Shown here piece by piece: positions 44,661-57,972 of a stretch of 64,000 bases of DNA. The position numbers and the translations under genes were made by a program. Below the pieces are notes generated by a model that was not told where the DNA came from, made no database searches, and saw nothing but the letters and a program-made list of their open reading frames with translations. Within the stretch, counting starts at the first letter, position 1, and every line of letters begins with the position of its first letter. The stretch lies in NCBI GenBank assembly GCA_964187785.1, contig OZ076413.1, forward strand, positions 46,564,001 through 46,628,000, written 5' to 3'. This DNA is from Amphiscolops sp. MND2022 (taxonomy: Eukaryota).

Positions 44661-47600
44661 CTGCAAACACACCAAAAGTCAGACCGGATATCAAAAATTT
44701 GAATGGATAAAAAACCTATTTCGAATCCTGATATTCCGGAATTGATGAAAATAGTTTTCTCAAAAAGAAGAAAGAAGAATTCCGTGGTGGAAGATGTCAG
44801 CATGTGAATCTCGGTTTTCGAAAGCACTTTTTTGGGGATTGAAGAAAAACGAACTCTTAGGGTAAATATTTTGACAGGGATTCAGGAAAAAATATTCCAG
44901 GGATCATAGTTTCCATCAGCGTCTAGCTTGTATGGAATTAAAAATATATATCAAGCAGTAGAAGTTTAGTCTGGAACTGCAATGATGAACATCTAGGGAA
45001 TTCAAAAAGAATAAGGTACATTTTGTGTCCCATGGGCAAGATATCCATGAGTCAACATATGGTGCCAAACAGTTAGTTTTTGATTGAGAATGATGAATTA
45101 TTGAAAACAATCAACTGCTATTATTCAATTGCATATATTTGCACCTTTCATGTCTTTCAACCAACTGTGTTGTGTTACCAATTTTCCGTGAATTTATTCA
45201 TTTTTATGAAATGATTAGCTCAAAATAAATAAACTGCCGACATTCAAGAGTTATTGACTGGACAGGTTGAATACGTGTTTTTAAAAAGTGAAAAAGACCA
45301 TACTGTGAAAGGAACAAAGTGAAAAAAACATTGCTAAAATTTTCCATATTCTTACAACAAGATCCCTCGCCGTTTCTTTTGAAAGTCTCCCCTGATAATA
45401 AAGAGTTAGAAACATGAATTACACTGCGTAGTCATTACTTCATTATCATGATTATGACAAAAAGCTGAAAAGATAGAGAAATAGCAAATAATTCAACAAA
45501 AAAATGGAAGCAGTCAAAATTGTGAAGGCATTCTGAGGTTGACAAGAGACTCGGGTCTCCTAACTGAAATGCCTATAGCCAAAATCTCTCAAGACCTTAC
45601 CTCCTAAATCAAATTATTATAAATTGTATAAACATAGTTACCAAAAACAAACACAAGAACTTGGATGACAATGAAATTTCATTATTGAATTTCGTATGAT
45701 CTTGAAAAAAAGTTTATGGCCTCGAAAAAAATCTTTTCTTATAACTTTCAGACATTTTCCTGCCAGGTCTATTGGACAATCTTGCAAAAATATCTGTTCT
45801 TCGAACAAACTAGCAAAAGAACATACGGTCTTCAAAACACCTTGCAGAAACTATCTGGCAGTTTGGACTTCTGCAGCACTTGCAGTGCACTAAATACAGT
45901 ATAGCAGAGGAGCAACGTGTATCTACTTGAAAAGCTATGAACTCTTGATTCCCAAACCAACTGAGAACAGGAGAGCCGAGTAACGCAGTAAAAATCCACT
46001 GTTCGAATTTAGGAGTTTTGGCTTCTGGAGATTCTGACGTAGCATATGGGATTAATTAACTTTGATACCACTTCAAGCCAGCGGAATTAGGACCAAAAAG
46101 CAAAACATGTTATACACAGTTCATTATCAACTCACCGAATGATTCCAGAAAACTGGAAAATCGACGAACTTGGTCAACGGGTTTGTAATGTCCTTTAAAA
46201 TGTTAATTTTATTAACTTATTTTGAAATCAACTGGGCCTCTCTGATGAATCAGGAAATCATCTGTCAATTCATTTATCTAATAAAATATTCTCTGAATGG
46301 CGTACTTCAACAATATAACTCAACATGGGGTACTACACAAATATCCATATATAAACCAAAAGGCGTTTTCGAAAAACTCGTTGTATTTGTGAAGGCAATT
46401 CTGACTTGTTCGTCAACGAACAGAAGAGTTTCGCAAAATACCAACACTTCGGGCTTGAATAACGCTTTTCTTCAACTGAAAACATCAAAAAATCCAAACT
46501 GAAGTTTTCGCGCACTGCCCAAAAAAACAAAAGAGAACCTAGGACCTTTTTGTTTTCTAGAATTACAAACATGAAGGAAATTGTTTAAACCCAGCGCAAG
46601 ATTCGAACCCAAAACCTCCTTTTTATGAAGCACGCATCCTAACCACTCAACGAAGTGGTGAGAGTTCGCCACGAAAATCTGTTAAAAAGTGTATCTTTCA
46701 GTGTCAGCTCTGTGGTCTGGGGAAATCGTCGTAATAGTCGGGCACATTTTCTCACGAAAATTCGACGACAAAAAACATGTCTGTTCAAATTTGAACTGGC
46801 AGTGTTGAAGCTTTGTTTTGAAAAAAAACCTCAAGTAGTAAGCAGAATGAACTTTTTCGACACTAATTGTAGGTTTTGAATGCGGTTCCAAATTCTTTAT
46901 GTTTGGATGGCATGTGTTGGAAATGATCATATTTCGAAAAACCATTTGGTTCTAAACGTGTGGTTCCATATACGGAAACGTACAGACAACTAGTTTGTCA
47001 TTGTTTTATGAATGGAATCGCATGGAGATCCTTCGATCATATTGTTTATTGCCTGGAAGTGCATAGAATCCTATTGAATTCGGATGATGGATGCCACATT
47101 TACTGACCATAGTTTTCATATCTTTATAATGCAATCTATCATTGTTGGAGCATCATAGATGATGACTCATGGATTTAACCTCAAGGAAAAAAATTTTATG
47201 CAAAAAATTCTCAATTTTTGCTTGTTTAATGTTTACAACATCGAGCATTAGTAAGTTCGGAATTTCCGCTAGAAAATAACATAAAACATTTAAAATTAAA
47301 TATCATTTGCACCTGTTTCACATAAGGATAACGCTTCGAATGACGCTATCAACCAAGTGATTTTCAACCAATAATTGAACGCTTCCAAAAGTCCATTTCC
47401 TGTTTTTCTGTTCAATCTGTTCATCATGCGATAGAACCTGTCGAAGTACGCCTGTTTTTCATCCATTAAAGTGGCCTCACATCACAGCAAACAAATGAGA
47501 TATTGTGACAAAACCCCAAAATACGTCAAAATGGCCAATCTTTCTTCGAGTCCTATTCATTATAAACCTGAAAAATCCTTCCGACTTATAAAACCATTTT

Positions 47601-49629
47601 CTATCTAAATTTCAATCCTTTTGGTATTTCAACTCAATAAACTTCTGCTTAACTTTCAACTGAAACACAACACTTTGTCAAAATCCAAAGAAATTTTTTA
47701 AAAAAACTTTATTTATTGACACATTTCATTCAAATTGATACGAGCACATGATAAACGGGGGAATTAGCAAATCAACGAAATCGAGTTTTTCCAGATAGGA
47801 AATCAGTTCAACTAGTCGCAACTCAACTATACAATTACAGTTATGTTGACAAGACTAGATACTAGGAGCATATAGTTATGTAGACTGAATCAATGACAAA
47901 ATGGCAACACTAACATTTTTTGTAGAGTTCGAATTATGGGCCTAAAAATCATTACAATAAACAGAGAGTGGGGATTTTACTGACAGATCAGACAAATGAT
48001 TGTGAGAAAGCTTTATCCGGTAGTTTCCTGAAGTTTCTTTACTTCCCCCCTTTTAAAAGCTTCATTTCGTGTCAACTCCGGATATAATTCGCGTGGAAAA
48101 ACATATATTTAATTAAATGTATTATTTAAATACATTATATTTAATTAAATATATGTAAATATACTTAAGTTGAAGCTCGTTCGTCTTTTGGTAAAGATCA
48201 AAACGTGGGCATTGACTTGGAGCTAAATTACGAACTGACCCAATTGTATTTCTCATCATGACCATCAGTATTTTATTCAAACATTGGAAAAATTTTCAAC
48301 ACTGCAGGATTTCGAAAGTTCGAACGGGACAAGGCTTCCCGTGGTGGTAAATTTCACACGATTACACTGCAGTTCAAACTATTGCAAGAAAAATGGAAAA
48401 AATCCACTTCGTTGCCGACATGATCGCGTTGTATTCACACTTCTTTTCCCAACTACAATAATGTAAGAGATAAACTGATCGTTTATTTGTGAAAAAAATT
48501 GGGCCAAAACAGACGCAGCTCTGAATTCTGACGTCAACCAGGTTGTTTGAAATTCAGATGAAAAACAATCTTAAGTTTGTTGACCACTCGAAGTGTACGT
48601 TTGCAAGTAATGAAGAAACTTCCTAATTTCAATTTTCAATGATTGTATTTACTACTGACTTGACATGTGGGACATCATCAGTTGGTATATATTTTGTAAC
48701 TTCTGTCTTTATTTGACAGGTACTTTTTCATTTCCTGACGATATTTTACTGAGTTTACTTCAAACAAAAAGGGTATCATATGTTTTCAAATGAGGGGTTT
48801 CTCATGAATTGGTCTGCTTCATTTTCCTAGTACGTGAAACCCAGTTATTGTTTTTGCAAAGATTGGGATTGCAAATTTCGGTTTTTGATTTGTTTCCAAT
48901 TTAGTATTATCAGCAGAATCTGCTAATTAGGGCAATTTTATTCATTATCTTCAAAATTGAATTTTGGTGTGTTTTCAGTTCATTAAACTTTTGGGCAAAA
49001 TAAAGATCGCAAGAAACCACCATATAAAATGCTAGCTTTGTTTACACGCAGTAGAGTTATTTCTTTCAAATAAAGCTCAGTTCTTTTTCTTACAGACCTG
49101 TACGCATCTGATGAGATCCATGGCAAGCTCCTTGCTAGCTTTTACCAAGATCTTGCCGTGATCTTGACAAAAATACCATGACAATGCAAGATCGTGTTGA
49201 GCCTTACCATGATTTACCACGTTCTTGACAAGGTAGCAAATGTCTTTTCTTTGGAAACGTCTGCACTTTAGCTCAACCTTTTGCTCTTCATCTACGTATA
49301 TCACTCAGTTCCATGGTAGCAAAAGCCTATTTAGATTTTTTTCGTAGCGAATTTTTGTGTTCACAGTTCAACAATAGTAATTGTTGATGGATCGTTGTCC
49401 AGCATTTCTTTGGTGGAATAACCCAATGGAGTGATTACACTCAAATTACCGGTTCGTGATCTTGCCGAATTGAAGACATTTGGCGTTTTTTACACAAACC
49501 GGACCTTTTTTCTTTAAATTGTAGCCGTTTTGACGTATTTTTAAATACTTCAGACACTATTTCAAATTTTGGACGTTATTTGACGTTTTTTGGATCTTTT
49601 CGATAATATTCGTGGTCCGCAATTGATAG

Positions 49630-49806
49630 TAGGGGTGCGAATACCGTCTCAGTAACAACGTCTAAAGGTGTTTCGGGATTAACGTCTAAAGGAATAACGT
49701 CTAAAATTCAATGTTTCAACATATGGAATGAGCATGACTTAGCTTTAGACGTTATTCTCGTTTTGCATTTAGATGTTATTCCTTAGACGTTATTCCTGCT
49801 CCCCTA
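49630..49806. repeat. Small fold-back MITE family; second copy at ~60862-60997
   Basis: AATAACGTCTAA / TTAGACGTTATT inverted repeats; core AATTCAATGTTT...GGAATGAGCATGACTT shared by both copies. Confidence 0.65.
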
Positions 49807-52800
49807 TGCGACTATATGCGACTTTGCGAGGCCCTTCGACCATGCTTAGAAAACATTTTAGTTGTATCTTTCAACCAGATTTCTTTTCAAAAAAAAATTG
49901 AAGTGTGGCGTCATGAAACCAATGAAAGAAGTGCTAAATTTAACATTTTTGATCATGAGACCTAGAATTCGTCAAGTCATATCAATTTTCACAGAAACGA
50001 TTGACGAATATTTGAATTGTTCGATTTCAGCAAGTAATAAAAATTTCTTCCCTTGTTCATATTCCGAAACTAGCTATCCACTTTTGTAGCGAGGTACAAA
50101 TAAAATTAATGAAACTTATTTTTGATATGAAATCCACTTGAATATGAACGGAGCAGAAACATCCCGGCTTCAGAGTTTACTTTCATCTCACTCCTTCAGT
50201 GAGGGTGGAAACCCAAATTCCTAATGAAATGCCTGCCTACCGGCTCTGTATTGAATGCAAATGGAATTTTAAATCATATTCTATTGTGTCTACGACTAAG
50301 AATAGATCTTTGTCAAAAAAAATAAGTTTTCCAAGAAATTCAACAGTAAACACGCCCCTCGTTTTAAATAAACCTCTGAATTCAATTGCTTGTCAATTTT
50401 TGAACTACTTTCGTAAACAGGTTGATTCGCATCCTTTAAGGAATCTCCAGAAAAAAATTAAATTTGTTCTGCTCGAAATGAAAATACTCAGCAAAATAGG
50501 AAAGGAGGTTTCTCATTTCCAAGGACAGGTTATCGGGATATGGGTGTTGTCACAGCGTTTGATCTTTCCACGGCGTTAGACACCTGTTTCCACCTCGATG
50601 GTGTTTTTCTAAGTTTTTCCCATTTTGTATCTTGTCCCCTCCCAATCTCCTTCACTCACGTGTTACAAAAATGATATGCTTATGCTAGAATGTAACTTTT
50701 ACGATATTTTTCAATATTCATATTTTGCCTCTCCAGCAAAATTGCGATGTTTGTACGGAATTTAAGATTCATTTTTTGAAAAACATGCATGTACTTAAAA
50801 CTCTACAAAATAGGAATTGTACAAGCAATCAATTTTTTGATCACGAAGAAGCAACGATTACATACCTTTAATTCAATTTTCAGATCGGTCTTATGGAATG
50901 AAACGACTTAACATTGTTTATTTGATTAAAAATTGATCAGTAATGTCAATGCTTGTCGATGCTTCAACTATTTTGTTCAAGACAGGCAGTCTCCTTCTTC
51001 CATTTTGAAAAGTTTAGACTTTGAATTGATTTGCTGCTAAGAAAATGCCCTTGAAATATGCATCTTTTCTGCTACATCAAGTACTTATGTTAGGCGCCGT
51101 GGTCGGAAGAGTTCACTCTGATTTCCTGAAAACGGAAATTAGGCATTCATCAGAGAAGTACGTACCGATCCTTCAGCAAATGCATTCTATGAAGGAGTTT
51201 TAAGCGAATTAGGGATCTAACGAACTCCAAAAAAGAAACATTGCGGGGTATCCTACCAAGTGCCCTACTTGTCATAGTAGGTTGACATCTGCTCAGACTG
51301 TTTGCTTGAAGAAGAGGTTTAAAAATAAAAAGTTATTCGAGTCGAGTGTAAGTTATTCCAGTCGAGAGTCATTGACCTGCTAGTTTTAGTTTTAAGCCTT
51401 ATGGAACACTTCAACAAGCTCCAACGAAAAGGTCACTTGTATGCATTGCATTTGGCAGTCGCGTTAACAACCTCAATCAAAGAAAAACTACACGTGGGTA
51501 ATTCACTTTGGTTCAGTTGAACACACATTAAGTAGAAGGCCGCGCATTGTTTCCTGAAAAACACTGAGCCCAATGCGTTTCTTGGAATCTATGTTGCAGT
51601 TTGAATCAGAAATCAGCACCCGAGAATGTGCATGATGGTGATTTGGGACTCGTAAACATCAACGTACGGACTAGAGTGAAGCACTTAGTCACTTTGCTCC
51701 AAGTACTTCTTTTTCAACTGTCGCAAGAGCATTTGCTGAGTGGGTACAAAATCCTGTGCCCTGATTTGATTCTAATGGAAAAATCTCTCGAATTGGTTCA
51801 TTCCGATCAAATCTTGTGAACAACTTCGTGTCATCAACGGGATTTGTGAGTATCCCAGCAAAAATGAGTCTGCAGCCCAGTAGCTGAGACACGTTCCCCC
51901 AAAACAGTATGTGAAATGATTAGTACAAACATCATGGAACATATGGAGAGAAAGCACAAACAATATTTAATGGACAACTAAAATCTCATGGAAAATCTTG
52001 TCTTCATCCTTTGTATGTGCCGGACAACCAATGCGTTGTGAAGCTATCAAACAAGGAAAACCTGATATTTTTTTGCAAAAAAACATCATAGCAAAAAAAG
52101 AGTAGGAACAAAAGAACTTCAAAACTCGGTTAAGATTGGCCATGAAAAATATTTGTATTTTCTGCAAGTTTTCTCGCAAATACTGAAACAAACTAATGTG
52201 TAAACTAGATTAAAATTCAAACATTTTTCACACCAATTTTTCTCAAAACTTTTTCGCGTGGGTAGGGTATTCGTCATGGATCTTTACCCTAGAACCTCCC
52301 AAATGGAACTTTGACTTCTTTGACCTTGAAATTGTTTTCAATCACGCTTTCAAAACTGATCGATTTCTATTTTGTCTGCTTTGTTAACTCAAGATCACAT
52401 TTTGCTAAAATTGATGACACTCTTAAGTAGAATTTAATAATTGAAATTTCTTATGAATGCCTCAATTTAGATGGAATGAAGAATCGTTGGAATGATTTGT
52501 ATTTAAAAAGCTAACATATGAGAACAATTTTTTGGAGTATAACGGATAATAATGCCGCCGTATTTCAAAGCATTTCCAAATCGAAGCTTAATCAAACCGT
52601 AGCATACTTATACCAGAAATTAACCAGTGAACTGCCAATTCAATTCAACCTTTGTAATTTTGGATGCAACGGAAGCATTCAATTTCATGATGCTATTGTT
52701 TTTAAGTATCGGATTTCGTATAATTCGAAGAGCTGTGAACAACAATTTCGATCCAAAAATTATAGTAATAAAATAGAAATGAATACTTTTGTGTTGAAAA

Positions 52801-53312
52801 AGCATACCCATATGGGTGTTATTTTGAATCTCTACCCAAGAGTTTGATTCTACTAATCAGTTGCTTGGCCAATTTCAAATGCTGGGTGTAGTATGAAACA
52901 ACCCCCCCCCTCCCAAAAAAATAATAATAATAATGAGAAAATCAACCTGCTAAAACTGAACCTTTGCCATCTGTTTGAAAAGACATTTTTCTTAGTTTAA
53001 AGAAATGGTCTTGGTGATTTTTTAACTTTAATTTAAAAAGTTACCTTTTCTGTCATTATAGCAATCTGCATAATTTCAGACGAACAACATCGTGTGTGGA
53101 CAATAATTTTCGAAACAATATCTTCCCCCAAGACTCACAGCAAATTTATCTTCGTTCGAGATAAAAACAAGATCGCAAATTTTAGCATTTCACGCAAATT
53201 CAGTAAATCCTGATGAGTTTTGACAACCATCATGCAACATTAATTTCACCGGCAGCATTAAAATGTAAATTTTGCGAACTACAATTTACTTTTACTTCCT
53301 TTTTCCATAAAT

Positions 53313-53370
53313 TTTTTTTAAAAAGTGGCAAAAAATGAGTTAACTCATTTTTTGCCACTTTTTAAAAAAA
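53313..53370. repeat. 58-bp perfect palindrome
   Basis: Centred on GAGTT|AACTC. Confidence 0.88.
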
Positions 53371-53522
53371 TTTTGGAACAGAAGAAGTTGCATCAGTCAT
53401 CATATCAACATGCAGCGGTGCAGCTGAGAAAATAAACAGTAAATTTTGAAGGAAATTTGCATGATTGACAGGTAGAATTGGTTGATAGGTAGAGAAAACT
53501 GACAAAAAAGAAGACAACTCAC

Positions 53523-53708
53523 CCTTTCCAGGACGCTCTATATTGACAGAATCTGGGAAATAGATATCGGGAGTCCATATAGCCTCTGCGTACTCCTGGC
53601 CCAAGGTTATCAACTGGGGAATATCCTCATTCTTCTGGGACCTCTCGTCTGTCTGGTTCGTCAAATTGCCAGACACTGGCTCAAGATCTGATGGCATCAT
53701 ACCGTCAT
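53523..53708 (-). CDS. Cys-loop channel exon (loop A)
   Basis: Acceptor ttttctcgcag|AT and donor AAGG|gtgagt; 186 nt, phase 1 to 1. Encodes IWTPDIYFPDS (WxPD motif). Confidence 0.92.
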
Positions 53709-53890
53709 CTGCGAGAAAAAAACATTCTCTAGCAAATTGCGGCAACTTCAAATTTCAGTAAATTAATCACTTTTCATCAATTTTTTGCACTTTATGAAAT
53801 TTTCATACGAGGTTTTTTTTAAAGATGGTTTGCTGTAGCTGGTAAGCCATGGACTGATTTCGCCCAGAGGTATCTTCGAAAAATAAACAC

Positions 53891-54065
53891 CTTGCGAAGA
53901 AGACGTAGAAGTGCTGGCTTCTCGATTCTTTTCGGCTTTCCGCTCCTTTTCTCGCTGGGAGTCTATGTAATAGTTGGAGGAGTTATCAGTGACCAAAAAC
54001 TCGAAAGTCGATTTCAATCTCTCATCCCTCCACAGAGTACGGAAGTACATGTCAATCTGCATTGT
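53891..54065 (-). CDS. Cys-loop ligand-gated anion channel subunit, first exon found (loop D; start of extracellular insertion)
   Basis: Acceptor gtttgtttcag|ACA and donor CAAG|gtgttt; 175 nt, phase 0 to 1. Encodes TMQIDMYFRTLWRDERL, matching the D-x-Y-F-R-x-x-W-x-D-x-R-L motif of GABA-A/GlyR subunits. Confidence 0.9.
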
Positions 54066-54475
54066 CTGAAACAAACAAACTTTTATTAAACATCCCCTAT
54101 TGCAAGCTGAACGAAATTTCATGATACCATGAATTTAAGTAGCGAACCGAGTCCAGTTCATCCAGTGTCAAAAGGTCAAACAGCATGAAGAAATTTTTCT
54201 CTCAAGAGTTGCTTTTTTGAAATTCCAAAAAAAATTCCACAGTGCCGAATTATCTGAAATTGACAAACCGACTAAAAGGTTTCATCAACTGAAAGTTTTA
54301 ATATACCTTTAATTGAAAACTCCAAAAATAGGATCGTTTGGCATTTTTTCTGTTTTGTAGTACAGTTGCTCAGGGTCTATAAAACTACCGGTTTTGCCCA
54401 GTTCTGTGTTTTAATAAATGGAATTTATTGATTTTCATTTAGATGATAAACACTCGACATCAGGATTAAACCTGA

Positions 54476-55295
54476 TTTTTAGTCAGCGCCTTTTACTAGT
54501 GGCAAGGTTTTTTCGTCAGGGACTCTGAAGTGTCCACATTTATCAATTTTTGTACGGCCGTTTAGGATAGCTTTCAATGCATATTTTCAAGAACGTGGGT
54601 TCGAGTCCCTTACTAAACCATTTTTTATGCATTCCCTATTTTTATGCCTTCAAAGGTAGAAGAAAAGCTCTTTGGTGTTTTTTCTCTTTTTTTACCAAAG
54701 CCCCGAAAATTTTAACAATTTTTAGCAAACGAAGCGAGCATAGAGCGCCACTTGAGGGTTTTCGGCACAACGCGATTTTCGAAAAATTTTTGGGCAATTT
54801 TTTCCACATATTTTTTGTTTTTTGAGGTTTTCTGTTAAATAAAACCGTTTTTCGTGTCCCAAGGGTGATCTCTTTGGTTATCTTTCGGTATTTTGGGACT
54901 GCAGAGAGTTTTCTCGATAGTAAGGGAAAATTTTTTTGGCACTATGCTGTTTTTTCTTGAAAAAATTTTTATTTGCTCAAATTATATCCCTTCACTTTTT
55001 GATGTTTTCGATTTGAAAAAAAGTGTTTTGCGAGCTTGAAGTGTCTCCTTTTGGGTTTTTCGGCACTATGAGACTTTTTCGATAGAAAAAAGTCGACTTT
55101 TAATTTTGGGTTTTTTGATCTTTTGAGTTAGGGAAAAGCGGTTTTCGAATATTATGTGGGTATCCTTTCGAGTATTTATTGGTATTCACTGGAATTTGAT
55201 TTAAAATTTTTACTATGGAGTCCTTTAGCATAGTTATAGCCGTTTACTGTTTAAACTTTGAGCGGGGCGCCGACTTGGGCCGTTCCCGGTTAGTT
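54476..55295 (+). mobile_element. Helentron/HINE-like repeat, related copy
   Basis: TTTTTAGTCAGCGCC ... GGCGCCGACTTGGGCCGTTCCCGGTTAGTT. Confidence 0.55.
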
Positions 55296-55923
55296 CATCT
55301 TAATTTTCCACACAAAATTGGTCAAAATATTCAGAAACCAACACCTTGAAGAAGCTCAAATACTGCCACGTAACTGTTTCACTCTTTTAAAATCTTTCAT
55401 TAATTGGATACGTTCTCTTGATCTTTGGATGATTTTTTACAGATAAAAATGGTATTTTTAGAAGGGCTTTTTTAGACACGTGACCTGACAGAAGGGCCGG
55501 CCAAAAATAAACCATTCAGGCAGCTTCGCGTCTTCTAAACAAACTCTCGGCGCCTAGAAGTGTCTTATTCAAGACTACCTGCCTCCTATTGTTCATTTAG
55601 AGAATGTGGAGGAAACATAATTTTCACTGCGGGGAAGTTTTTGTTTTCAGAGCACAATAAAAGCTTTGAAGAGCTGCTAAGTTCAATCTTTTTAGAAGAA
55701 AAAAGTAAACAACAGCATTTGCAGGTTTTAATATCCGCTTTAACGGCTACTTCTTCAGTTGTTTCGCAGTTCTAATTTTAGAGGTCGCACTAATTGTTGA
55801 TCTGAAAGTTGATCTAAGCCGTTCATTGCAATCGCAACTCAAGTTGCAAATGTTCAGTAGCTTTTAGCGCTATTGATGGAAGCCAAATTTGGTTTTTCAG
55901 ACTTGCGTATCATTGAATATTAA

Positions 55924-57972
55924 CCTCGTTAGTGATTTCGTTCTCAAATGAGGACAGTGATTTTTTTCACAATCAATAAAAAAATACGAAACGCAAAAAA
56001 CATATAGGAAAACGAAAGTTTGTGAATCATTCATGCTAAATATTTCCCTGATGCAATGCTATTTCTTCAAGTATTTATTAGGATTTCTATAAAATTTGGT
56101 GGGTGTTCAGAGCAACATCAAGGAAATTCAAGAAAAATTCCCCGCGAAATCTTCCAAGTTTTTGCGGGCAACACCTCAATTTTTCTAAACACACACGCTA
56201 CAATGTGACGTAAACAAATTATCTCAGTGTGCCGGTGTGGCAAACAAATTCGTATCACTGGAATTCTTTTTGAAGGAAAATTTTTTTGTTGAAGCAAATA
56301 TTGTAAAAACCTGATATTCATCACATTCTGGGTTTGGAGAACCAACAAAAAATGATTCCAGAGTTCTACAGGTGATTCATGAGGGACTACTTTAAGAGCG
56401 GAATATTGAAATTTAGCTGTTTTGATTGGGTAATTTTTCAATCTTAAAAAACATTTTCCAACGCCCAAAATAATCAAGCAACTTGTGAAATTGGACAAAA
56501 AGACCCATTGGAGGGTTTTTGTGCGCATTTTTGTTCAAGATAAAATTCGAAAATTTTTTTCGAAAAAAATTCGAATTCGATGTTAAAAGTTAAATTTCTA
56601 GAAATTTCTGATTCTGACGTCAGTCATGCTCATTCCCAATAGATATTAAGGGGGGAAATAACTGAAAACTGCTGGTTCCATTTATATAACACTGTTGTTT
56701 CTTTTATATAGAAACGTGAATTCAATTATTCGTTCGTATTAGGGGGGAACGGAATAAGACCTAAGGAATAAGACCTGAATCGAAAACGGGAATAAGACCT
56801 AAAATAAAATTCATTTTTCGGGAATAAGACCTAAAAATTTAGCTCTTGTTCCTACTTTTTGGAAAAGGACATATTAGCATATTTTAGTATAAAAATTCTT
56901 CGTTTTTGCAGTTTTGGAACTCAAGTTTTTTATAACTGATACTTCGCAACAATCTGATTTACACATGGTTCTATGTTTCAGCCCATTACTTCAAACTGGT
57001 AACGATTATGTGACCTCTTTTAACGAGATTTGCAACAAACTTCCTCGAAAACCGCTGGGATCTGTTTTTGACATTGGAGGAGTTCAGGATTTTTTGCTTC
57101 CCAATTGCTAAACATTGTTTGCCATGCCTTTGAATTGCTTCTTTTCTCAATTTTGAAGTATTTCCTTAATTATTATCCTAATTCAGATTCACTTTTCAAT
57201 ATTTCTTCAAATCGCCATTAGTTGAGGTCTCAGCTTTCTAGACAATCGTAGAGAAAAATCATTATTTCTAGCCTAGTTACAAAGTTTTTAACGTGTTTTT
57301 ACGCTTCCGCTGACGTTCGCGAAAAAAAATGCAGGGACTTTTTTTCAAAAATTTTGCAAGTTGCAGCGACTTTTTTTCAATGCGCAGTGAAATGCTGCCA
57401 GGATTTTCCATGCTGCAGTGTAATTTTACAAGTTTTTTCCCTGCGCGCAGTCTGAATTTTCTATGTTTTTTTAAAAACATTACTCTGCGTGCATGACTGC
57501 AACATGTAAAAAGTCACGGCAGTTTCGACTAGGGAAGCTATTGGACTATTTGGGGCGAGATGTTATTTGTGTCAATATAGTTTGTCTTTCGAACAACCGG
57601 CAAACAAGTAACTGGAAAAGTGAAAATTTGCAAAAAAATACTTTTCAGATAATTAGCCTTTTCTCAATAACACAGCAACTGTTTGCTAAGTTACTGTCAC
57701 ACTCTAGTAACACAGTTTGCCACCAATGAAAACGCATATAGACGTTTTTTGATGAAACTTCAGCTAAGAGTTCGACCGCCGGGGTGGCTCTCTCACCCCA
57801 AAAAGTGGCACCAACTCCCAGCTTAACTAGTGTGCATTTGAAAACTTAGGCGAAGGGCTTTCAGGAGCAAAAAACCGATTTGAACTGGGGCTGTTATTCG
57901 TAGAGAAATTACGCATTAAAAAATGTTTTCAGTTTTTTGTCAACTTTTCGACTTCTCGGTGTGCTGACGAGG
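55924..57972. mobile_element. piggyBac-like non-autonomous element
   Basis: TTAA|CCTCGTTAG ... CTGACGAGG|TTAA. Both terminal regions recur, inverted, in 25660-26195. Confidence 0.75.

Noticed and set aside
46585..46660. tRNA gene (also tRNA-like stretches near 3540, 4240 and 54570)
   Set aside because: A/B-box-like motifs only; I could not fold a full cloverleaf. More likely SINE heads or decayed copies.
50950..51950. Possible decayed LINE reverse-transcriptase remnant (HDGDLGLVNI resembles GGLGL)
   Set aside because: One weak motif and no continuous frame; needs a tBLASTn/HMM search.
500..54065. Assigning a gene symbol such as Rdl, Grd, GLRA or GABRB
   Set aside because: Family membership is clear, but orthology cannot be determined without a phylogeny.
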